This document shows positions 57,209-64,000 of a stretch of DNA of 64,000 bases, piece by piece (position 1 is the stretch's first letter; every line of letters begins with the position of its first letter). Under the pieces are notes generated by a model. It was not told the origin of the DNA. It made no database searches and was given only the letters and a program-made list of their open reading frames with translations. The DNA comes from a virus: positions 19,753 to 83,752 of the IMG/VR virus record IMGVR_UViG_3300049433_000139, one strand, 5' to 3'. Position numbers and translations under genes: made by a program.

Positions 57209-57703
57209 ATGTTGCACAGAGCGCCCCTCACGATTCCCACGGCCCTTCCGGAAAAAGCGGTTCATGACATTTCGCAAGCGTTGATACCGCTGCTCTCCGA
57301 TGTGTTTGCGTTGTATCTCAAAACAAAGAACTTTCATTGGCATATGTCTGGCCCGCATTTCCGGGACTATCATTTGATGCTCGACGATCAGGGCGAGCAG
57401 ATTTTCGCGATGACGGACGCCATTGCCGAGCGAGCACGGAAGCTCGGAGGTACGACCATTCGCTCCATCGGGCAGATTTCGCGTTTTCAGCGCGTCGTCG
57501 ACAACGATGCCGAAACCGTTGAGCCGCTCGACATGATAGCCGAACTCCGGGACGATAATGCTGGTCTGACGCAGACCATGCGCGAGGTGCATTCGCTATG
57601 CGACGAGGCAGGGGATGTGGCCACCGCAAGCCTGCTGGAGAACTGGATTGACGAATCCGAGAGGCGAACCTGGTTCCTGTTCGAATGCGGCCGGCATGTC
57701 TAA
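57209..57703 (+). CDS. dps: Dps DNA-protection ferritin-like protein
   Basis: LYLKTKNFHWHMSGPHFRDYHLMLDDQ...DAIAERAR. Confidence 0.95.
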   Translation: MLHRAPLTIPTALPEKAVHDISQALIPLLSDVFALYLKTKNFHWHMSGPHFRDYHLMLDDQGEQIFAMTDAIAERARKLGGTTIRSIGQISRFQRVVDNDAETVEPLDMIAELRDDNAGLTQTMREVHSLCDEAGDVATASLLENWIDESERRTWFLFECGRHV

Positions 57704-57926
57704 GGCCAAGCCGCGAGACCAGCTGCGGGAGGCGCCAATGAATGTCAGGAGCGGCCGGTCAGCTACAAAGCGTCCAGTCAAGGATCAAGGAAAAACACGT
57801 TTCGCGAAACCGGAAGTACAAGCCGCGGAGTGGGAACTTGCGGATGAACGACTCGACGAAGCCCTAAGACAAACCTTCCCTGCGAGTGACGCGCTATCGA
57901 TTGTTCAAAATGTTCGCGGTAGCTAG
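57696..57926 (+). CDS. Small hypothetical protein
   Basis: LDEALRQTFPASD motif. Confidence 0.65.
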   Translation: MSKAKPRDQLREAPMNVRSGRSATKRPVKDQGKTRFAKPEVQAAEWELADERLDEALRQTFPASDALSIVQNVRGS

Positions 57927-58042
57927 TTGCATAAGGTTCGACGGGGGAGCCAGATTACCATCGCCTGCGCCTGTCCTCGACCCGGTCGAGGATGACCGGG
58001 CGACCCAGTATTTCGGCGCCCGGGCACAGACGAGGACACATC

Positions 58043-58978
58043 ATGAAGATTGGAATAATCGGGGCGGGTGCGGTTGGCGCCGCATGTGCAATGGCGACCA
58101 TCATGAGAGGTTGCGCTAGCGAACTGGTTCTCGTCAACCGAGGCCGCGATCGAGCAAAAGGGATGGCTACCGACATGGGCTACGGAGCCCCTCTATCATC
58201 GACCACCAGGGTGACGGATGGTGACTATTCAGATCTGGCCGGCGCCTCGCTCGTCATGGTTACGGTTGGCGTCAACGAAAAAACGGGTGGAGCAACCGAT
58301 CGCAGCGATCCGGCAGGGCGCCTGCGCCTGCTGGACAAGAATGCGCAAGTTTATCGCGAGGTTATTCCCCAGATCAACGCTGTGGCGCCGGATGCAGTTC
58401 TGCTTGTCGTAACCGACCCTCCGGATCCGCTTGCCTGGCTGACGCGCGAACTCGCTCGCCATGATCGCGTTCTCAGCACCGGCACATTGCTCGACAGTTT
58501 GCGCTTTCGGGTGCATCTGGGGCGAAAACTCAAGGTAGCTTCCACTTCTATCGAAGCCCAGGTTCTCGGTGAACATGGAACATCGCAGATCTTTCACTGG
58601 TCCGGCGCCCGCGTGGGCGGCGTCCCGATCGCGGATGCGCTTGGGCAATGCGGCCTTGCGCATGACGACGATTTTCGCGCGACGATCGAGAAGGAAGTGC
58701 GGTATGCGAACATCACAATCATCGAAGGTATCGGAGCCAGCCAATACGGAATTGGAATGGTTTGCGCGCGGATCGCAGAGATCGTGCTGCATGACGAACG
58801 CGCCGTGATTCCGATCGGGGTCTATAATTCGAAACTTGGCGTAACGCTCTCGCTGCCAAGCGTGGTCGGCCGGGGCGGCTGCCTCCAGGTCCTTGATCCT
58901 CCGTTATCGAATGACGAGCGTATGGGTCTGAATAAATCTGTCGAAACATTGCGCAAGGCCCAGGAGCGAGTGCGCTGA
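58043..58978 (+). CDS. L-lactate/malate dehydrogenase family protein
   Basis: IIGAGAVG, GTLLDSLR and GEHG motifs. Confidence 0.92.
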   Translation: MKIGIIGAGAVGAACAMATIMRGCASELVLVNRGRDRAKGMATDMGYGAPLSSTTRVTDGDYSDLAGASLVMVTVGVNEKTGGATDRSDPAGRLRLLDKNAQVYREVIPQINAVAPDAVLLVVTDPPDPLAWLTRELARHDRVLSTGTLLDSLRFRVHLGRKLKVASTSIEAQVLGEHGTSQIFHWSGARVGGVPIADALGQCGLAHDDDFRATIEKEVRYANITIIEGIGASQYGIGMVCARIAEIVLHDERAVIPIGVYNSKLGVTLSLPSVVGRGGCLQVLDPPLSNDERMGLNKSVETLRKAQERVR

Positions 58979-59074
58979 CATCGTCCCGGACGTAAAGCTG
59001 GAACCGCCGTAGCATAAAAAGTCGGGCTGACGGAATTTTGCTGCCAGCCCGACCTCTTCGAACGCGTGTACGGA

Positions 59075-59314
59075 TCAATAGACCGACGCGGGTTCGCAAG
59101 GCGGAGCGCCATTCCAGGGCTGCGTGGCGAATGCGCCAACGGCCGGAGCCGGAATGCACGCGCGCCCATCAACGTAACGCGTGTCCGGCGTGGTGCTCGC
59201 ATTGGCGTCCGCCGCGACGTGCCGCGACGCCACACCGCTCTCGCGAGCCAAGGCGGGGCTTGCGAGCGTGGCTGCGGCGATCAGTGCAGCCGACAGAAGT
59301 TTAAGCTTGGTCAT
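59075..59314 (-). CDS. Small secreted protein
   Basis: MTKLKLLSAALIAAATLASPALA signal peptide; CIPAPAVGAFATQPW. Confidence 0.7.
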   Translation of the reverse strand: MTKLKLLSAALIAAATLASPALARESGVASRHVAADANASTTPDTRYVDGRACIPAPAVGAFATQPWNGAPPCEPASVY

Positions 59315-59664
59315 TCGATTTCTCCATTGGATGTGAAAAGCCGATAGTTTGGCTTCTCTATGGAAATGGAGCAGCGATCGGCCGATCATAGTAACAATTC
59401 CTCACCTCGTTACAACGCCGCGTGAGGTCGGTGCGTCGTACAGCGGCAATGCTCCATTGCTCTTGACGTCCCGGGGAATTCTAAATCCGTTTTTAATTGA
59501 GAACACCTCAGTTGGCGACCATTGTCAGAGTCGCTTCCGGCCGTTGTTCTGTTGCCGGAAGTTTTGTTGGGGCGCGACCCTTCCAAGAAGATACCGGGGA
59601 AACTCAAGGGCGTGGCCGGGGGAAAGTCCGCGCACGCAACGGCTGGCTATGTCCGGAGGTAAAG

Positions 59665-60180
59665 ATGATTCTGTTCTCACGCTCCTTTGTCCGCAAACGC
59701 ATGATTTCGCTGGCAACCACGGCGACAGTCGCGGCGACATCGTTCGCTCTTGCAGAGGATTCGTCGCGGGCGGATCACGTCGGTGGAGCAACGCCGATCC
59801 AAACTGTGGCGGACCGGCCGGATCGTTCGGCGGAGCAGCCGTTCCTGTCGGAGAACGAAGCCGCGATGAAAAGGATGATGGCGGACATGACGGTGAAGCC
59901 GACCGGCGACGTCGATCGCGATTTTGTCGCGATGATGGTGCCGCACCATCAGGGCGCGGTCGATATGGCGCAAGCCGAACTCAAATACGGCCATAACGAG
60001 CAGCTTCGCCGGTTGGCGCGAGAGATCGTTGCGAACCAGCAGCAAGAGATCACGGTCATGCGCAATGCCGTCAGTGAAGGGCAATCGTCCGCGGCGCAAT
60101 CGTCGCAGCAACCCCGTACGCAAAAGTCACCGCCATCGGCCCGGACTGACGGCCCCGACGGAATGAAGATGTCGCAATAA
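59665..60180 (+). CDS. DUF305 (CopM-like) periplasmic protein
   Basis: DRDFVAMMVPHHQGAVDMA...QQQEI. Confidence 0.88.
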   Translation: MILFSRSFVRKRMISLATTATVAATSFALAEDSSRADHVGGATPIQTVADRPDRSAEQPFLSENEAAMKRMMADMTVKPTGDVDRDFVAMMVPHHQGAVDMAQAELKYGHNEQLRRLAREIVANQQQEITVMRNAVSEGQSSAAQSSQQPRTQKSPPSARTDGPDGMKMSQ

Positions 60181-60230
60181 CCGGCTCCCGCCGCAGACTT
60201 CGTTCGCGGGCTGCGCTGCAAGGATAGATC

Positions 60231-63200
60231 ATGGGCATTGTTCGCTTTGCGCTGAGGTTTCCGCATACTTTCTATGTGCTGGCGGCCCTGATCCTGTTTC
60301 TCGGCGTCGCCGCAATCCGGTCGATGCCGACCGATATTTTTCCGGAGATCCGCATTCCGGTGGTGACCGTCATATGGCAATACACCGGCCTCACCACGCC
60401 GGAAATGGAACAGCGCGTCAGCACCTACAGCCAGTATTCCATCAGCTCCAACGTCAACGGCATCAAGAATATGGAAGCGCAGACCCTGAACGGTCTGTCG
60501 ATCCAGAAGATCTACTTCCAGCCCGACGTCAACCTCGACCTCGCCATCGCGCAAATCGTGTCGGCGACCAACGCCATTCGCGCGCTGATGCCGCCGGGCA
60601 TCGAACCGCCGATCGTCGTCCAGTTCAATGCGTCGAGCGTTCCGGTCCTGCAGCTCAGCCTCAATTCGGATAGTTTGAACGAACAGCAACTCTACGACTT
60701 CGGCATCTATCGCGTTCGCCAGCAGCTGGCGCCGGTTCCCGGCGTCACCCTGCCGACGCCGGCGGGCGGCAAGTATCGTCAGATCATGGTGGATATCGAC
60801 CCGGACAAGCTGCTGTCCCGGGGATTGACGCCGCTCGACATCGTGAACGCGGTCAATACCCAGAACCTGACACTGCCGTCGGGAACGGCAAAGATCGGCG
60901 ACACCCAATATACGGTGCGAACCAATGCGACGCCGGCGTCGATCAACGACCTAAACATGATGCCGGTCAAGTTCGCCAACGGTGCCACCATCCTTTTGAA
61001 GGACGTGGCGCAGGTCCGCGACGGATCGCTGGTGCAGCAGAACATCGTGCGCGAGGATGGCCGCCGCTCGGTTCTGCTGAGCATCATCAAGAACGGCAAC
61101 GCCTCCACGCTGGCGGTCGTCAATGGCGTCAAGAAAGCGTTGGAGGCGACCCGCGCCGCAGCACCAGCCGGAATGAAAATCACCGAGCTGTTCGACCAGT
61201 CGGTATTCGTCACAAACTCGGTCACCGGCGTGCTGCGTGAAGGCGCCATCGCCGCGGGTCTCACCGCGCTGATGATCCTGATCTTCCTGGGTTCCTGGCG
61301 CTCGACGCTGGTGGTGATGATATCAATCCCGCTGGCGATCCTGTCGTCGCTGGTGGTGCTTTATTTTCTCGGCGAAACGCTGAACACCATGACGCTGGGC
61401 GGCCTCGCGCTGGCGGTCGGCATCTTGGTCGACGATTCGACCGTGACCATCGAGAACACGCACCGTCTGTGGACCGAAGAAGGCATGCCGCTTTCCGAGG
61501 CGACGCTGCACGGCGCCGCTGAAATTGCGGTGCCGACGCTGGTTTCCACGCTCGCCATCAGCTGCGTGTTCACGTCGGTGGTGTTCCTCGACGGCCCGGC
61601 CAAATACCTGTTCACGCCGCTTGGACTCGCGGTCGTATTCGCGATGCTGGCTTCCTACCTGTTGTCGCGGACCCTGACGCCGATCACGATCGGCCTGCTG
61701 CTCAAGGGCGAACGCCACCATGCGGGCAATGAAACCCCGACAGGCGTGTTCGGGCGCATGTCCGCCGGGTTTGAGCGCAGCTTCGATCGGCTACGTGGCG
61801 GATATTCGAAATTGCTCACGACACTGCTTCGCCGGCGGGCCATCGTGCCTGTCGTTGCCGTGTTGATACTTGGCCTTGGCGCGGTGATGCTCACCTTCGT
61901 TGGCCGGGACTTTTTCCCGCTCATCGACGGCGGTCAGATCCAGCTTCACGTCCGCGCTCCCGCCGGCACCCGCATCGAAAGCACCGAGGCGATCTTCCAG
62001 GCGGTCGAGGATAAAATCCGCGAAGTCATTCCGGAGAAGGACCGCTCCCTGATCGTCGACAATATCGGACTGCCGGCGCGAGCCTACAATCTGGCATTCG
62101 CGGATGGCTCGACCATCGGGATCAACGATGGCGTCATCCAGATAGCGCTCAAGGAGGGCCACAAGCCGACCGCCGACTATATCAAGAAATTGCGTCAGGT
62201 CTTGCCGGCCGCATTCCCGGAAAACACGTTCTACTTCCAGGCGGCCGATATCGTGACACAGATTCTGAATTTCGGACTGCCGGCGCAGATCGACGTCCGG
62301 ACGATGGGTTACGACAAGAACAATCTGTCGGTTGCAAAGAAACTCCGCCAACGTCTGGCCGCCATCCCCGGCATCGTCGACGCACATCTGCAGCAGGAGG
62401 TCGATGGACCGGCCTTCTACGCCGACATCGATCGCACCCGCGCCGCGCAGCTTGGCCTCAATGCGAGCACGGTGGCCACCAACATCAACGTCAGCCTGAG
62501 TTCGTCGGTGCAGGTGTCGCCCAATTTCTGGACCGATCCGACCTCGGGCATTCCGTATTATCTGGCGGTGCAGACGCCCGAGTACAAAGTCAACTCGTTG
62601 AATGCGCTCGGAAACACGCCGGTTTCCACCTCGCTGGCGGTGAGCGGCCAAACCGTCCCCGGCATGCTCAGCAATGTCGCGACATTCAAACGGGACACGG
62701 TCGCCACCAACTCCAACCAGACCAACATCCAGCCGGTGTTCGACGTCTATGCCAGCGTGCAGGGTCGCGATCTCGGCGGCGTCGCAGCCGACATCAACAA
62801 GGTCACGGCCGAACTGCAGAAGGAACTGAAACCCGGCAATTCAATTCAGGTGATCGGACAAATCCAGAGCATGAATGACTCGTTCCGGGATCTGGGCATC
62901 GGACTGCTGTTCGCCGCCGTGTTCGTCTATCTGCTGATGGTCGTGAACTACCAGACCTTTGGCGACCCGTTTGTCGTGATCCTGGCTTTGCCGGCGACGC
63001 TCTGCGGTATCGTCACGATGCTGTTCATCACCGGCACCACGTTGAACGTGCCGTCGCTGATGGGGGCGATCATGGCGGTAGGCGTCGCTTCGGCGAACTC
63101 GATCCTGCTCGTGACTTTTGCGCGCGAGCAGCAGCTGAAAGGGCACTCCGCCTTCGAGGCCGCCATCAGTGCCGGCTACACCCGAATCCGCCCCGTCCTG

Positions 63201-63413
63201 ATGACGGCAGCCGCGATGATCGTCGGCATGATCCCGATGGCGATCGGCGGGGCCGGCGAGGAACAGAACGCCGCGCTTGCGCGTGCTGTCATCGGCGGCC
63301 TGCTGTTTGCGACACCGACGACGTTGCTGATCGTGCCTTACCTGTTCGCCATGCTGCGCAAGGGCAACGACGGAAAGCCTCACCATGGCGTATTCGAGGA
63401 AGTTCCAGCATGA
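60231..63413 (+). CDS. RND efflux permease
   Basis: 1060 aa; GILVDD and RIRPVLMT motifs. Confidence 0.96.
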   Translation: MGIVRFALRFPHTFYVLAALILFLGVAAIRSMPTDIFPEIRIPVVTVIWQYTGLTTPEMEQRVSTYSQYSISSNVNGIKNMEAQTLNGLSIQKIYFQPDVNLDLAIAQIVSATNAIRALMPPGIEPPIVVQFNASSVPVLQLSLNSDSLNEQQLYDFGIYRVRQQLAPVPGVTLPTPAGGKYRQIMVDIDPDKLLSRGLTPLDIVNAVNTQNLTLPSGTAKIGDTQYTVRTNATPASINDLNMMPVKFANGATILLKDVAQVRDGSLVQQNIVREDGRRSVLLSIIKNGNASTLAVVNGVKKALEATRAAAPAGMKITELFDQSVFVTNSVTGVLREGAIAAGLTALMILIFLGSWRSTLVVMISIPLAILSSLVVLYFLGETLNTMTLGGLALAVGILVDDSTVTIENTHRLWTEEGMPLSEATLHGAAEIAVPTLVSTLAISCVFTSVVFLDGPAKYLFTPLGLAVVFAMLASYLLSRTLTPITIGLLLKGERHHAGNETPTGVFGRMSAGFERSFDRLRGGYSKLLTTLLRRRAIVPVVAVLILGLGAVMLTFVGRDFFPLIDGGQIQLHVRAPAGTRIESTEAIFQAVEDKIREVIPEKDRSLIVDNIGLPARAYNLAFADGSTIGINDGVIQIALKEGHKPTADYIKKLRQVLPAAFPENTFYFQAADIVTQILNFGLPAQIDVRTMGYDKNNLSVAKKLRQRLAAIPGIVDAHLQQEVDGPAFYADIDRTRAAQLGLNASTVATNINVSLSSSVQVSPNFWTDPTSGIPYYLAVQTPEYKVNSLNALGNTPVSTSLAVSGQTVPGMLSNVATFKRDTVATNSNQTNIQPVFDVYASVQGRDLGGVAADINKVTAELQKELKPGNSIQVIGQIQSMNDSFRDLGIGLLFAAVFVYLLMVVNYQTFGDPFVVILALPATLCGIVTMLFITGTTLNVPSLMGAIMAVGVASANSILLVTFAREQQLKGHSAFEAAISAGYTRIRPVLMTAAAMIVGMIPMAIGGAGEEQNAALARAVIGGLLFATPTTLLIVPYLFAMLRKGNDGKPHHGVFEEVPA

Positions 63414-64000
63414 CCGAGATTCGTGTGCGGCCAAATAATGAAGCTGTTCAGGAACGGCTTGATCCCGAAGCCGATCGCGTTGTTGCGCCACCGAACGTTG
63501 CGCGAAAGCGGCGACGTCGTTACGGAGGGGCGGTGTTCGGCGGGATCGCGTTGCTGTTGCTCGTGGGCGGTCTTGGAGCGGGCGGCTGGCGCCACTACCA
63601 GGCCGAGCTCGCCGTCGCGGCTACCGCGCAACAGAGCAGGGCGTTTGTACCCGACGTTCGCGTGGCTACGGTCCGCGCCAGCGATCGTAAAATCACCGTC
63701 ACCTTGCCGGCGACGACGACGGCCTTCGAGGCGGCGAATATTTTTGCGCGCACCAACGGCTACATCGAAAAGCGCTACGTCGATATCGGCGATCGGGTCA
63801 AGGCGGGGGCCCTGTTGGCGGACATTACCGCTCCCGAACTCGATCACCAGATTACGCAAGCCCAGGCGACGCTGGCCCAGAATCAAGCGACATTGCAGCA
63901 GACCCAGGCAAGCCGCGATCTCGCCCAGGTCACCAATGCGCGCGACAGCAAGCTGGTCACGCAGGGATGGCTCACGCTTCAGCAGGGCGACAACGATCGC
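63410..64000 (+). CDS. RND membrane fusion protein (partial)
   Basis: ATGA overlap; ARTNGYIEKRYVDIGDRVKAG. Confidence 0.9.
   Translation, partial: MTEIRVRPNNEAVQERLDPEADRVVAPPNVARKRRRRYGGAVFGGIALLLLVGGLGAGGWRHYQAELAVAATAQQSRAFVPDVRVATVRASDRKITVTLPATTTAFEAANIFARTNGYIEKRYVDIGDRVKAGALLADITAPELDHQITQAQATLAQNQATLQQTQASRDLAQVTNARDSKLVTQGWLTLQQGDNDR

Overview
About 50.6 kb of this window (1-50649) is the right-hand part of a siphovirus-like prophage. It is integrated at a tRNA-Tyr(GTA) gene of an alphaproteobacterium; a Hyphomicrobiales/Bradyrhizobium-like host is inferred from the CtrA type, tRNA sequence and flanking genes. The left arm (- strand, ~35.6 kb leftwards) carries helicases, two DNA methyltransferases, a primase-polymerase/VapE, many small genes, and then terminase, portal, capsid and tail genes (tape measure cut by the window edge). 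The right arm (+ strand) carries a DUF2800 nuclease, RtcB, SSB, a family B DNA polymerase, VRR-NUC, a CtrA homologue and a tyrosine integrase, and ends at a 57-bp tRNA-Tyr 3' fragment (att). The main observation is a candidate cell-cycle hijacking system with three parts. (1) A phage-borne CtrA has Glu in place of the phospho-acceptor Asp51 (the classic phosphomimetic D51E) and an intact DNA-recognition helix. (2) About 16 copies of one promoter motif (TGTTGACT-TTTGCAAA-like spacer-TAnnTT) point along both arms, and many are overlapped by a CtrA-box-like T[TC]A[ACG]-N7-TTGAC. (3) An early Pro/Ala-rich protein carries an FtsZ C-terminal-peptide-like motif. Just outside att lies a separate three-gene operon (multi-PAS/GAF pseudo-histidine-kinase, receiver-CHAT caspase-like protease, unknown protein) that is a candidate signalling/defence system. 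It is followed by ordinary stress and efflux genes (dps, lactate/malate dehydrogenase, DUF305, RND pump). All family calls come from motif recognition by eye; no database searches were run.
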